NCBI GenBank assembly: GCA_030390025.1
Contig: CM059432.1
Span: forward strand, 132,806,001-132,870,000
Origin: Squalus acanthias
Lineage: Eukaryota
DNA: 64,000 bases
Direction of reading: 5' to 3'
Position 1 is the stretch's first letter, and every line of letters begins with the position of its first letter. Both the position numbers and the translations under genes were made by a program. Below the pieces are notes generated by a model that did not search any database, had not been told where the DNA came from, and saw nothing but the letters and a program-made list of their open reading frames with translations. Shown here one piece after another: positions 1 through 13,109 of this stretch.

Positions 1-751
1 GGCGCTAATCGGACGCAAAGGCCTTTTCGCCCGGGCGTGGTGCTGGCTGCGCCTCCCGACAAATTCCGCGATGGTTAGCGGCGGCACTACCGGGTTGCGC
101 CGGAATCTCATGCGCCCAGAGATCATGACGTCATCTCCGGGCGCATCGCCCCGGTAGCGCCCCGGCACAAAAATTCCCCTTCGCCCCCATGCAGCAGCGC
201 CGGGCGATGGCAGCGACTGCTGCAGGGGACGCGAGCAGGGCGGCCGGCCACTAGCGGGGTGGAGGTTAAAGGTGAGGTGGCCGGCCGCCCTGAAAAAAAG
301 TCGGATTTTTAAAAAAACTTTTTTTTTTTGCGCCTCCAGACGCGGGGCCCGTGCCGCGATCGGTCAGCCCGGCACTCTGCTTGAGTGCCGGGCTGATCGC
401 GCGGCACCCCTGCTCCCCGGTGGTCCAGGTAAGTTTAAAAAAAACTGCAGAGTTTGCAGCGTGGGGCCCTTCCCTTTAATTCAAGGAAGAGCCCCTGCAA
501 CGCGATAGCGCCGCACTTGGCCACTTGTGGCGCTGCTGAGCACCTCGCCCTGGGTGCGCCCCAGGTCATGAACTTCCCCTCCCCTTGCGCTACAAGAAGA
601 AAGTGGAGTTCTTGATATAGCGCTCCACTTCCCTCTTGGAGCAAAATAATGGGAATTTCAGAGAGGCTGGAAGAGGTTAGCGCCTGGCGCTAACTTTTCC
701 AGCTTTTCTGATTTAGCGCCCCAAACAGGGCTCGAGGGGAATTTCTCCCCC
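1..751. mobile_element. Harbinger-type MITE, family A (GGGGGRRAAATTC TIR), left end outside window
   Basis: Ends in GAATTTCTCCCCC followed by TAA. Many TAGCGCC/GGCGCTA subterminal motifs and a TGACGTCA, as in the complete copies at 10300, 26839, 27880 and 41548. Confidence 0.75.
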
Positions 752-867
752 TAAATTTCTTGCCTAACCCGTCCCTTAGTCAGTGATATATAATAATGTT
801 CCCTGGTCATGGAACTTTTCTCTTACCGATTGTCACTATTTTAGTGCAAGACTTTGTCAGCTTGATT

Positions 868-894
868 TATATATATATATATATATATATATAT
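868..894. repeat. (TA)n microsatellite
   Basis: Direct reading. Confidence 0.95.
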
Positions 895-1469
895 CTGTGC
901 GTGTGAATCATTCCAACAGGTGTGACAGATGCAAACATTTATCAGAAGCCTGTCATGTCTGATCAGAAGGAATGTTATATCTAAACACAATAGGCTCACA
1001 AAAGTAGGTCAGCTCAATGGTGATATAATAACTGATGATTTATAGTAGTGATGTTCTGAAAGCAGCAAACAAGATTCTATTGTATTATTTGCTTCACAGT
1101 GGAGCTTTTGAGATACACTTCCATGTGAAATGTTTAGGAGGATTCTGATCTTACAACAAAAACAGCTTGTTGAGAATTTCATGATTTGGGAGATTTATTT
1201 TAATAAAGTTTTAGGTTAGCAAAAGTTTCCTGTCAAGGGTTGGATTCACGAAAACGCTTGCCACGTGCTTTTACAATGATTCTAACTGTACAGAAAATGA
1301 CCAATGAACAAAGGGGATTAAAATCAGACATTCAAAGGGGTAGTATCATCATGGTAATGTCTTTTGCATGTCACTCTATCCAGTTTTTAGTTTGAATGAA
1401 CATCATTTTTTTTCCGGTGGCTTTCTCCTGTCACACAAATCCTGTAGCCAAGAGGGCAGATGGTGATCT

Positions 1470-1800
1470 CATAGAATCATGCAGCACAAAAGGAGGCCTT
1501 TCAGCCCATCGTGCCTGTGCCGGCTCTTTGAAAGAGCTATCCAATTAGTCCCACTCCCCTGCTCTTTCCCCAAAGCCCTGCAAATATTTCCTTTTCAAGT
1601 ATATATTCAATGCCCTTGAAGGCTATTATTGAATCTGCTTCCACCACCCTTTCAGGCAGCGCATTCCAGATCACAACTCGCTGCGTAAAAAAAAATCTTC
1701 TCATCTCCCCCTCTGGTTCTTTTGCCAATTGTCTTAAGTCTGTGTCTTCTGGTTACCGACCCTCCTGCCAGTGGAAACAGTTTCTCCTTATTTACTCTCG
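1470..1800 (-). mobile_element. CR1 LINE 3' fragment
   Basis: Translates to the CR1 ORF2 C-terminus (FFTQRVV.WNALPERVVEA), followed by a GAATGGCCTCCT-type 3' UTR and ATTCTATG tail. Confidence 0.9.
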
Positions 1801-2405
1801 CTGATCTACAGCACTCTTGAAATGGCCAATAGAAAATGTGCAAGAATGTGTTCATTCTTCCTTCCAATTCTTCCTCCCTCCCTGTGTGGAATTGCTTGAC
1901 CTCCACTGCCCAAAGCAATGTGGCTGAGATGGGGAACTCACTGCTTGGAGGATCAAGTCTGCATCCCACCTGTCTATGACTACACAGAGTATGTGCTGCG
2001 ACACTGTACCAATCTAAACGCCTACCCTATCCATAAACTGTAGAAGGCATGAGGAGGCACTTAACGTGTGATCACATGCCACTACTGATATATTCTCTCA
2101 TTAGCTTTGATAAAAACTGAGATTAAAAATGTAAAACCAAAAATTAAACAAAAGCATAGTGCAATGTCTGTGTACTGAATTAATTTTAACTGGTTAATAT
2201 GGTTGCATCAGATTCCTGTATGGGCTATGTAATGAAGTCGAAAGGGTTCGTGACTTTGTGAAAATTGCACAGAGAGGAATTTTACCCCCACTGTGTCTGC
2301 TGCTGTGCCAACTTGTGATGCTGTTTTAAGAACTGACCTTCAGCAAAAAAGCCCCTTTGCGGCAGTAACACGCCTTTAAAACGTCCATCCACGGCAAAAG
2401 GCATC

Positions 2406-3161
2406 AGGGTAGAGTTTCCGCTCAGTTGTGCTGGTCTTTCCAACGCAATTTGGCCAAACCAGCGCAAAAGATCGAGGAATTTCAAGTGCAAGTTACGTCC
2501 GGCGTAATTCGAGTTTCCGCGATCTTTTGGTGCTGGTTTATAAAACATTGCGCTAGAAGCCGGCCCCGCCCACAAATCCGGCCCCGCCCACAAAGCTGGC
2601 CACGCCCACAAAGCTGGCCATGCCCACAGATTGAATTAATCACCCTGGCGAGTTTCCGCTAATTGCGCCCGTTTACGGGCCTTCGAGGAGGCTCTAAAAT
2701 TAAGCTGTAATTTTTAGGCACAAGGGCACTAATAGGCACCTTTAAGAAGCTTTTAAATATTAAGAAAGTATATAACTTACCAAGAAACTGACTACTGTAC
2801 ACCAATGAAACTAGTAAATGGTTCTGTATAGTTTTTAAAAGTCATTTTCAGTTATTTCAAATCAGGTTACTCACAGGTAGTGGACTAGACGCTCTGATTA
2901 AAAACGCTTATTTTTTGTGATAAACCCATTTTCGACTGTATTACTAAGACTGCACCAGGTTACTACTCTTACATATAGCAAGGAATATTAATAAACAGTT
3001 ACATTCTAAAACGCTGCCCGATTGCGCTGGTTCGTGGAAGATTTTACGTTCGGCAATATGCAAATAAGATTGAGCGGAAACTTGAGCAAAAAATTCAATT
3101 CAGAAAACTAGCGCAATCGCGCCCGGATCACCGATTGCGCCCAAAGCGGAAACTCTACCCC
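2406..3161. mobile_element. Harbinger-type MITE, family C (GGGTAGAGTTTCCGC TIR)
   Basis: 15-bp TIRs gggtagagtttccgc / gcggaaactctaccc, flanks ATC/ATT. A related copy lies inverted at 42860-43820. Confidence 0.8.
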
Positions 3162-3277
3162 ATTGACTGGAGGCAGCTATGACCTTGATCAGGCTAGCTC
3201 CGATAATGTAGGGGACTGCTGCTCTTTGAGTGTTCTCATTCTTGTAGTGCTCCCTGCTGACTATAATAAAAGGAAAA

Positions 3278-3705
3278 AGAAACACTTGCATTTCTATTGC
3301 GCCTTTCACGACCTCAGGGCGTCCCAACACGTCTTACAGCCAATTAAGTACTCTTGAAGTGTAGTCACTGCTGTATTATAGGAAATGCGGCAGCCAATTT
3401 GTGCATAGCAAGCTCCCACAAACAGCAATGAGATAATGATCAGATAATCTGTTTTACTGATTTTGGTTGAGGGATAAATATTGGTCAGGATACTGGGGAG
3501 ATCTCTCATGCACTTTTTACTTCCACCTGAGAAGGTAGGCGGAGCCTGGGTTTAATGTCTCATCTGAAAGACGGCACCTCTGACAGTGCAGCACTCCTTC
3601 AGCACTGCACTGGCATGCCAGCCTAGATTTTGTGCTGAAGTCTTTAGAGTGGGACTTGAACCAACAACCTTCAGACTCAGAGGTGAGTGCACCCACCATG
3701 GTGCT
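3278..3705 (-). mobile_element. Deu-domain SINE (SacSINE1/AmnSINE1-like)
   Basis: Reverse complement of the Deu core (caaattggctgccgcatttcctataatacagcagtgactacacttcaa), a tRNA-like head with GGTTCAAGTCCC B-box, and an aatgcaag tail. Confidence 0.8.
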
Positions 3706-3719
3706 AGGTGGGGAATTCC

Positions 3720-4070
3720 AGGAATGGCCCTATATGTCCATGTCAGGATGGTGTGTCATCTGGAGGGGAAGTTGGAAGTTATAGCATTCCTACAACATTG
3801 CTGCTCTAGTCCTTTGCAGTGTTCTGGCCAACATTCCTCCCGCAGCCAACACCACCGAAAACAGGCCAAAGGCTGGTTGTCGGACTCTGCTGTGTGCAAA
3901 TTAGCTGTCGTGTTTGCCACATAATAAGAATGACTACACTTCAAAAAGTAATCGATTGGTGCTTTGGAGAAATACAGAGAGACTCAGACACGATGGGCTG
4001 AATGGCCTCCTTCTGGACCGTAAACTTCTATGATTCTATAAACTTCTTTGATTCTATAAACTTCTATGAA
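3720..4070. mobile_element. Mosaic of LINE, Deu-SINE and CR1 3'-tail fragments
   Basis: 3740-3815 matches the LINE at 32900-32970. 3880-3965 is Deu core. 3975-4070 is a CR1-type 3' UTR with a TTCTATGA tail. Confidence 0.6.
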
Positions 4071-4267
4071 GTGCTAAATATAGGCAATTTGCATTTGTTT
4101 TTTCTGTCCTTTCAGAAACATTAATACAGAACTTTTGTGTAATATATTTCTACGTAGAGTAGTTCTGAAACCAACTACATGGTAACTCAAACAGTAGAAT
4201 CGTCAACAAGCTGGGTTACAGCACATAGGTAATTGGTGTCCATCTCTTCATACATGAACAACTGTTA

Positions 4268-5107
4268 TGCGGCGATTTTTTCAATGGAGACGGGTTGGGT
4301 GCGGGCCAGGTGGTTTCTGACTTCCAGTCCCGCCCCCAACTGCATCCGGCCCACAGACGTGATTTTATGTTGATTGACCTTATTAAGCCCGCCCTGCTGG
4401 CTTGCCGACCAATTAAGAGGAAGCTTGTCAGATGACATCATTTGATGACGCACCATCTGCCGGTTTTATTAAAGGGACCATGCACAATTTTTTTGACAGC
4501 AGATTTCTCAGTGTTTGACAGCATTGAGGTGCTGCAAACACTGACAATCACTGTACAAAGGTGAGCTCTTGCACCCAGGCTCTCCAATGACTCCCTCCAT
4601 AGGCTGGAATAGATGGCAGCTGCAGGTGAGGTGACAGAAGCGATCTGTCACTGGTGAGAGAGGTTCTCCCAATGAGGTGGCACTGGACATGGATTTCAAA
4701 ACTTGTAACCTAAAGAAATGTGTAAATGCATTAAAAATGAATTTCCCAACATTTTCTTACCTCTGAGACTCACCAGTGTAACATTGGATCCTTCACACCA
4801 CTTCTGCAGCTGTCATCAATCCAGAAACATTACAGCAGACTCACAACACACCACACTTACCTGGCGTGGTGTCCGGACGTTGGAAATTCAAAAATAGCCT
4901 GTCAACTACTAGCAACTACCTGTTAATAGGCAGGCAATTGCCTTTAATCCTCTTCCCGCCGCTAGGTGTCGGGTCCATGTGCAAATCGGGGACCCGACAC
5001 TTGAGAAAATTGTTTGGAGGCGGGTTGACGGCGGGATCGGACCCCGCTGTCAATCAAAACGATTTTACCCTTTGACCCGCCCTCTGAGCGCCGGCAAAAT
5101 CCAGCCC
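4268..5107. mobile_element. Non-autonomous Harbinger, family B short form
   Basis: Imperfect 12-bp TIRs and TTA TSD (4265-67/5108-10). The Myb-gene start (gcacccaggctctcc) is fused to transposase 5' sequence. Same junction as 21023-21888. Confidence 0.8.
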
Positions 5108-7467
5108 TTAAAATCTATCATATATGTATAAAGTACCTCTAATTTATTTATACAGGAACAATGCCAACTAGGTGGTTCTTTTATCTTTCCAATATATTGT
5201 TCAAGTGTTTACACTGTAACTAATGTGGTAGTATGTGAAACTGAACAGTCTCTTTTTTCACCATTGAGTTTTGCATCAACTGTGATGCCACCAACAATGT
5301 GCATTTATATAGCAACTTTTAACATAAAGAAACATCCCAAGGCGCTTCACAGAGGTGCAATTGGGACAAAACTGACGAGCTTGTCACCGAAAAATAAATG
5401 ACACATGGTAGGCCCCATTTTCGCTTTTCATATTGTTAGAGAGGGTTTAGAGAGGCCAGCAACAAAATCATTACTTTGATTCAAAAATAAATATAAAACG
5501 CCTCAAAGTATAAACTGTCTGTATGAAATCCCATTATGAAAATTGTACAATGAGCAAGGACTGGTTGGCTTACACATTTGTTATATTATATGTGAAAGCT
5601 AATTTTGTTCCTTCAATCTGCAAACAAAATGTTATAAACACTGTGTATTAATATAGATATAAAACCTCCTTAACCACTGTACATAAAGAAGTCTGTTGTA
5701 TTACAAATAAGATACATGTTTTGCCATAATATTCAAGATCAAATCCCTGGTGTGATAGTCCTGGAGCTACTGAGTGCTTAAGTGCTGTTTTGGGAGCAAT
5801 GGGTTGTAAAAGACAGCAGTGAATTAATTTAATGGAACAATGACAATAACAGGAGGCCTTTTATCTGCTGATTTTCAACAGATCAGTTAGTTCACAATCA
5901 TTTTCATATCTCTTGTTCATTATAACCGCAGCAGTGCAGGTCTTGAAAAAGATACTTGTTCTTTCTCCCCCTGGACCATGTGCTTACTACATTCTTGTCT
6001 GAAGCATGTCATGCAGGTTTGACGCTGAAGTGGTAACCCTACTCCATCCCCTCAGTCCTTTTACAGATACACTATATTCATCCTATAATTGTCCCCTTTT
6101 TGTCTTCTTTTTGATTGAACGTATTTGGATTTGGCACAGTTGCAGAAAGAGGAGTTATAATTTGGGGTCAGGTTCTGAAATGTAAGATTTACTACTCGTT
6201 GTTGGGTGTCGGCCAAAAGAAGGAGATCCTTCATGGGATGTGATTTGGAAAAAAAAAGCTTTTAGGGTATGAAACCATCCTTAGTTAACTGCAAGCTATA
6301 ACATTGGAATAATACCTTGCTTAATACTGGGTCTATTTATAGGGCTCATTCTTTTGTCAGTGAATCACAAAGTCAATACATTACATACCGTTCTGAATCA
6401 AGAGAAATACAAGTTTCCATTAGCTTCTTAATTTACATTGTGGATTCTCGTGACATTATTACTGGGATTGTACATACTATAATACAAAAGATCGACTGAG
6501 CAGGATTTCTGCTTCCTGCTAAATGCTGCTTATGTATAATCCCACCTGCCTTGCAGAATAAGAAAGAATCAAAGAAGTAAAGGCTCATCAAATCCACAGA
6601 CCATGTACAATTTACCCTATCCTGGCCTCTACTGCACCCTTATTCTCTGCAGGCAAGCTCTGCATTAATAGTCCCTGGCCCCCAAAGATAATCATGCAGA
6701 ACTACAAAATATTCATCCATCCTATCTTTACACTATTGCATCTGATCAACTGTTCGTCACAGCAAACACCTGGCCCCAGCACCGCAGGAATCATTATATC
6801 TGTTCTCATTGTATAAATGGGCTAGATAGCAATTGTTTCAAATAAATACTTTTGAATGTAACTCCAGCAAAAAGATTACACTGAAAATTCGAAGAAAGCT
6901 GAGATCACTAGAGAGATTAGCCCTGTAAGGGCGGACACGCCATTGTTTTTCTTAATTTCAACCCGAATTTAATCAAATACTTATCACTACAATTGGCATA
7001 ACTCTAGATCCAATACATAACGGTTTTGTACAAATGGGGCTGGAGCACACAGTTGAAGTGAAAATACAGATTAAGAAAATCTCTAAGTAGGCCTTACTGA
7101 GCATGCCCTAGGCTAATGAAAAGTAGTAGTCTTTACTAATTGTCAAGAGGTATAAATGTGTATCTACCAAAGGAAATCATACCCTAATGCCAAACCAAGT
7201 TTTCAGTTATACTGTAATTTCAAAATCCTCAAATCCAATGTAGTTCAGATTAACATTTTGAGTTCCATGGGTGAGGGTGACTATCCATCCTGAGGCCAGT
7301 TGTCTCTACCCTAGTCGTAGGTTCCAGTGGTAGCTTACTTCAAAACATGCATTTTAAGCCAGGTGAGGTATTGAAATCAGCTGCCATATTGACAGATAGT
7401 AAGTACTACCCATGGCTGGTCAACGTGGATTGTCGTGCAGCGATGAAGCATCCTGGCCACCTCCAGA

Positions 7468-8077
7468 AATGTCTTGCTGCAGTTGTACAGGGCCTTGGTG
7501 AGACCACATCTTGAGTATTGTGTGCAGTTTTGGTCGCCTTATCTGAGGAAGGATGTTCTTGCCATGGAAGGAGTGCAGCGAAGATTCGCCAGGCTGATAC
7601 CTGGGATGGCAGGAATGACGTATGAGGAGAGATTGGGACGATTGGGCTTATACTCGCTGGAGTTTAGAAGAATGAGAGGGGATCTCATTGAAACTTATAA
7701 AATTCTAACAGGACTAGACAGACTAGATGCAGGAAGGATGTTCCCGATGGCCGGGGAGTCCAGAACCAGGGGTCACAGTCTAAGGATAAGGGGTAAGCCA
7801 TTTAGGACTGAGATGAGGAGGAATTTCTTCACCCAGAGAGTGGTGAACCTGTGGAATTCTCTACCACAGAAGGCAGTAGAGGCCAATTCATTAAATATAT
7901 TCAAGAAGGAGTTAGATATATTTCTTAAAGCTAAAGGGATCAAGGGATATGGGGAGAAGGCAGGCACAGGGTACTGAATTTGGATGATCAGCCATGATCT
8001 CATTGAATGGCGGAGCAAGCTCGAGGGGCTGAATGGCCTGCTCCTGCTCCTATCTTCTATGTTTCTATGTTTCTATG
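7468..8077 (+). mobile_element. CR1 LINE, 5'-truncated (ORF2 C-terminal 167 aa open)
   Basis: LYRALVRPHLEYCVQFWSP...FFTQRVVNLWNSLP, followed by a 3' UTR and (TTTCTATG)n tail. Confidence 0.95.
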
Positions 8078-8814
8078 CTGACAGCTTTCAATGGATGAGG
8101 AGGTACAATCCACCTCCCAGTGTCTAATGACTCCCTAATCATGATTATAAAAGCCCCACAAATCTTCTTACCAGTTTCCTGTAATAGTCTGGTGCCAATG
8201 CCCTGAGGTATTTATTGTTTTTGAGCCATTTTAGCCTGTCTAGGAATGCCATTAAAGAACAATAACTTTATTAACAGACAGTCTGGAAAGGGGAGTCTTT
8301 CTACTACAGTGCAATTTACTTCACAGAATGTCATATATCCTTACACATGACAGGTTCAGCATCTTCTAGTCCCTTTGTTGCAGGCCTGCAATGACTTTTG
8401 CACCTACAGGTCTGGTCCCGGAATGATCCCTTCTCATTGATGAGGTGGTGACTCGTTCAATTGTTGGAGTCGTCTTCAAATGGGTCTGGAAGGTCTGTTC
8501 TGATTGGTTTTCTTTGCCTCTTTGGCAGCTGCCAGCTTGAGTATTTCATTACTAATGCGGAATATATGTAAATGAGAGCATCACTATGCAGTCCTCCAGT
8601 TTCCGCATTGCAGGCAGACATTCCTCACAGCAGTAAGACTGCCCATTGAGAGTGGCATTAAAGGCCAGGAAACATTCCTACATATGGGGAAGGAAGCTCT
8701 TAAAGAGGCACAGCTTTTTTTCACAACGGGAATTTTCCATTAAATGCAAGGTTGCTTTCAAACAGCCATTACCACATATTTAATTGCTTGAGGACAAAGT
8801 GGATCAAAAAAGGC

Positions 8815-9062
8815 AAAACAGCTTGCCTTTTAACTAGCACCTTTAATGTGGCAAAATGTCCCACGGTGCTTTCTATTTGGGGATTAGACTCCTTTAAGAC
8901 GCTCCTTAAACCTACCTCTTTGACCAAGCTTTGTTCACCTGTCCTGACACCTCCTTATGTGGCTCGGTGCCAAATTTTGTTTGATAATCATTCCTGTGAA
9001 GTGCCTTGGGACGTTTTACTATGTCAAATCACTATATAAGTATAAGTTGTTGTTGCTGTTGC
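8815..9062. mobile_element. L2-type LINE 3' end fragments (inverted pair)
   Basis: ctcctttaagacgctccttaaacctacctctttgaccaagc...tataagttgttgttg, same as 58345-58620. Confidence 0.65.
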
Positions 9063-9845
9063 TCTTCTCTGGGATGGGTGCCCTGGAATACCAAATAGGA
9101 CAGCTCTTCTCTCACCCACCTTATGCAGCAGAACCTATAATTTGCCATCTGTAAATGATGGAATTTGATTACTCCATCACTTCCCCAGATGCCCCAATAG
9201 CAAACTCGGGCCTTTTTTTTTGCTTCCATTGACAACTGCCTATTAAATGGCCACTTCTGTTTAAATATCTGCTGCAGCCCTTTAAACAGTTGCAGCAGTG
9301 CAGGAAGTCTCACCTCCCTGTATACAAGCTCCCAGGTGCAGCCCACTGCATGGGTGAGATCTTGCACCGAGCACTTTATGAAGGTTGAACTCAAAGGTTC
9401 AGCAGGAAAAGCCATGCTCGGTAAATCAAGTGGATGCCCTGCTGTGCCTAGGACACAAATTCTAATCTATCGTCTCATAATTTTCCTACTCAAGTGTGAA
9501 ATAGTTGAGTTATTGGATCCCCCCCCACCCCGTGAATTGTATTTCAGTATTATTGAATACCTTTTCAAACAGATCAATTTCAGCTGTTATTTTTAAAGGG
9601 AGACTCCAGGGAATGTTCACAAAAGTTGTATTTTTGCCTTTCCCTTATATCTGACAGTTCCGAAGAGTAACACTTAAAGTTTAAACTTAACTACAAAAGT
9701 TTCCTTTATTTTTCATTCCCCACTGGTAATCCTGAGATTGAAGTTGATAGCATTTCCTGTACTTCATTTCAGGATCTACAGTGGCCAAAGATTTTGCAGG
9801 TTGAAGCATGAGTGTTGGATGCTGAATAAAATATGTAAAAACATG

Positions 9846-10268
9846 GGGCAGAATTTTCATTGAGCCATGGAGGCGGGTTTGGAGGCGGGACTGGATTGAA
9901 AATAGCTGAATCGGGGGTCCCGCCCCCAACCCGCCTCCATGCCAGTTTCACTGGAGGCGGGTGCCCGACCTGTGCTGGGACCCGCCTCCCCGAGGCGGGA
10001 AGGGGATTAGTGGCAATAAACTGCCTTCACAGAGCTGTCAAACGCTAATATTTCATCTGTCAAAAGCTCTTGACAGATGAAATGTCAATCTGTGACGTCA
10101 GCTGTTGCCGGGTGGCCCTTAATTGGCCTGCTGAGCCCACTGGGCGGGCTCAACAAGGTCAATCAAGTGAAAATGCAGTGGGTTGGCCACAAGTCGATGG
10201 AGGCGGGACTACAACCCAAAAAGTGGGAGTCCCGCCTCCATCCCGTCCCCAGTATCAAAATCCAGCCC
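9846..10268. mobile_element. Harbinger-type MITE (family B ends)
   Basis: TIRs gggcagaatttt / aaaatccagccc with a perfect ATG TSD (9843-45/10269-71). Confidence 0.8.
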
Positions 10269-10299
10269 ATGATCTCCTATATCCATACATAGAATCATA

Positions 10300-11192
10300 G
10301 CGGGAAAAATTCAGTTGGTTGCGCCTTCCGTTAGCGCCTTAAGAGGGCGCTAATGGAGCGCAAAGCATCTAGCGCCCAGGCGCGGCGAAGTTTGCGCCGC
10401 TCGCGAAATTAACTAGACATTTTGCGACGGCGCTAAACACTACCGCCACGATCTCCTGCGCCGGCAGATCGTGACGTCAGTCGAGTGCGCAACGCCCCGA
10501 TAACGCCCCGGAGCGGAAATTGAGTGGCGCCCCCTGCCTTACTGCCTGACGCTAGCAACGACAGGTTGAGGGGAGCGTTCTGCAGTCATGAAGGGAAAGG
10601 GGGTGCACTATTTAAAGGTGACCTCTTCCTGCCTTTTATTCTTGGTGCCATTTTTGAACTACGCATTCTGAGAGAGAGAGGGAGAGACTTCTGGAGAGAT
10701 TCAACGTTGTGTGAAGGAGTTTTGGGTACTGAGCAGCATTTTGCAGGTTCATTTTGATCTGCCATTCCTTGTATCGATTTAGAAGAGTCTGTGGGGGCTG
10801 CACTCTGAGCTCTTTGCCTGGTACTCTCCATTGTTCTTTCCAGCAGATTTGATGTGCAGGTCTCTCCAGGCCGAGATTCAAGGCTGCAATGAGCAGGATG
10901 TGGATGGAAAGCAAGATTAACCATCCTCTTTAAGAACTGGCCGGTGCCATTGTGTGTGTGTTCCATTGCTGACTGACATCACATGAGCTTCGCCAGCGCT
11001 CTGAGGTAGCGCCTCACTCCTCGGCCTTTGCGCCTTAAGACAGGTATGAAGCACCTGATTTAGCGCTCCAATCACCTCCAGGGGCGATAAAAGTCAAGTT
11101 TGCAGTCGGTGGCGATAATTAGCGCCAGGCGCTAATCTTTGCGCCCGGCCGATAATTGCGCCCCAAATGGGGCGATACTGAATTTCTCCCCC
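10300..11192. mobile_element. Non-autonomous Harbinger, family A (~890 bp), inserted in a CR1 tail
   Basis: 13-bp TIRs and ATA TSD (10297-99/11193-95). Highly similar to 26839-27719 and 27880-28770. Flanks are the (catagaat)n tail of a minus-strand CR1 that continues to ~11305. Confidence 0.9.
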
Positions 11193-11454
11193 ATAGAATC
11201 TTACAACACAGAAGGAGGCCATTCGGCCCATCGTGTCTGTGCCGACTCTTTGAAAGAGCTACCAATTAGTGCCACTTTCCTGCTCTTTCCCCAGAGCCCT
11301 GCACCTGTCAACTGTCAGCTTTTTAAGTTGACAGTCAGGGTCTCAGCCCACATGTCAGCTTGTCAACACTTCAAAAGAAAGAACAGATTTTTCACTGGGA
11401 GGCTGTCAATATCAATTGGAAGGCAGGCCAAAAGCTAATGTTTATCTGCACTGG

Positions 11455-12150
11455 CCAACATCACTAAAACAGATTATCTGGTCATTATCACGTTGCTGTT
11501 TGTGGAACTTGCTGTGCGCAAAATGGCTGCCGCGTTTCCTACATTACAACAGCGACCGCACTTCAAAAGTACTTCATTGGCTTCAAAGCACTTTGGGACC
11601 TCCTGAGATCATAAAAGGCGCTGTAGAAATTCAAAATATTTCTTTCTGTTATTAAACCAATTGGTCGTTACTTTCGCAAGCTGTTGGTTAAGGTGTCAGC
11701 TGTGGTTTGGTTCGTAACATGCTTGCCTCAGAGTCAGGTAGGTCATGGGTTCAAGTCCCCCTCCAGAGACATTGAGCACAAAATCTAGGTGGCCAATCCA
11801 GTGTAGTACTGAGGGAGTGCTGCACTGTCGGAGATGTTGTTTTTCAGATGAGATGTTAAACCAAGTCTGCCCTCCCAGGTGGATATAAAAAATCCCACGG
11901 CACTATTTTGAAGACGAGTAGGGGAGTTCTCCTCAGTGCCCTGGACAATATTTATCTCTCAACCAACATCACTAAAACAGATTATCTGGTCATTATCACA
12001 TTGCTGTTTGTGGGAGCTTGCTGTGCACAAATAGGCTGCCGCGTTTCCTACATTACAACAGTGACTACACTTCAAAAGTACTTCATTGGCTGTAAAGCAC
12101 TTTGTGACATCCTGAGGTCTTGAAAGGTGCTATATAAATGCAAATCTTTC
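11455..12150 (+). mobile_element. Two Deu-domain SINEs (partial 11455-11640; near full-length 11690-12150)
   Basis: tRNA-like head with GGTTCAAGTCCC, Deu core and tatataaatgcaa tail. Confidence 0.85.
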
Positions 12151-13109
12151 TTTTTACACACAGATTTATATAAAAGAGAAACTTTATGATAAGCTGGTGG
12201 TTTCTAAGCGTTACAGTTACAAGGTATTTTTATTTACCATTCATCCCCACAATTATACGTACAAGCTACTGAAATGCAGCCTTTTTAATTTCCTCAGAGG
12301 AACTACCTGGGGCATGTTTGGTTGCGATAGCCATAGAGGGAGAGAAAGAGCGAAGAACAGAGAGAAAGAGAGAGAAAGACAAAGATAGAGGGAGGAGACA
12401 GAAAAAAAGAGAGTAGGGGAGAAGCAGAGGGACAGTTAGGGGATGAGAGAGCAAAATTTTTCTTTACTTTACTCACGGCAATGCCACGGGAGATTAACCA
12501 CTGCGTATATAATAACATTTTATTTATTACACTCAGTCTTGAAGTTGAGGGAGTGCTGTTATTTTAGTTTTAATTGTCCAATATATCAGAATGACTGTGG
12601 CTGTGAGATACTTCTCACATCCATTTCCCGAGCACAACAATCTCTGCAAACAGCACAAAATGGGATTGTTGGACACCACGCAGATAAGTTTATATTTATT
12701 TTTTACCTCTAGGAACCACCAGATAACACTGGGAGACTCACATTCCTAGAGTGATTCTTCAATTATCTTTGACATTGTTTTCACTTTATTGAGACAGTTA
12801 TGAAAATTATCTATTGTATATTAAAAATGATAGATGGATCACAACATTCCATTTCAAAATGCACTGATAAACTGACCCTGATGGGTTTTTACCATTTTAA
12901 ATTACCTGCAATAGCTGTTTATCTGCAGGTTCTGCCGTGATAGGGGTTCTTAATGTCATGTTTTAGGTAATGTTAGTAACGTCTAACTGGAGTAACTCCA
13001 TAGTTGCTAACACAACAGCTGCTATTTTATACTGAGGGTTTGAGTTTCTATGTAGTTGCAGGCTCTGGCCACTGGGTGTCAATGTGGAGCAGCCTAAGTT
13101 GCCAAGCCA

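Noticed and set aside
9687..9825. Possible minus-strand exon (HPTLMLQPAKSLATVDPEMKYRK...)
   Set aside because: Plausible acceptor but weak donor and no recognisable protein.
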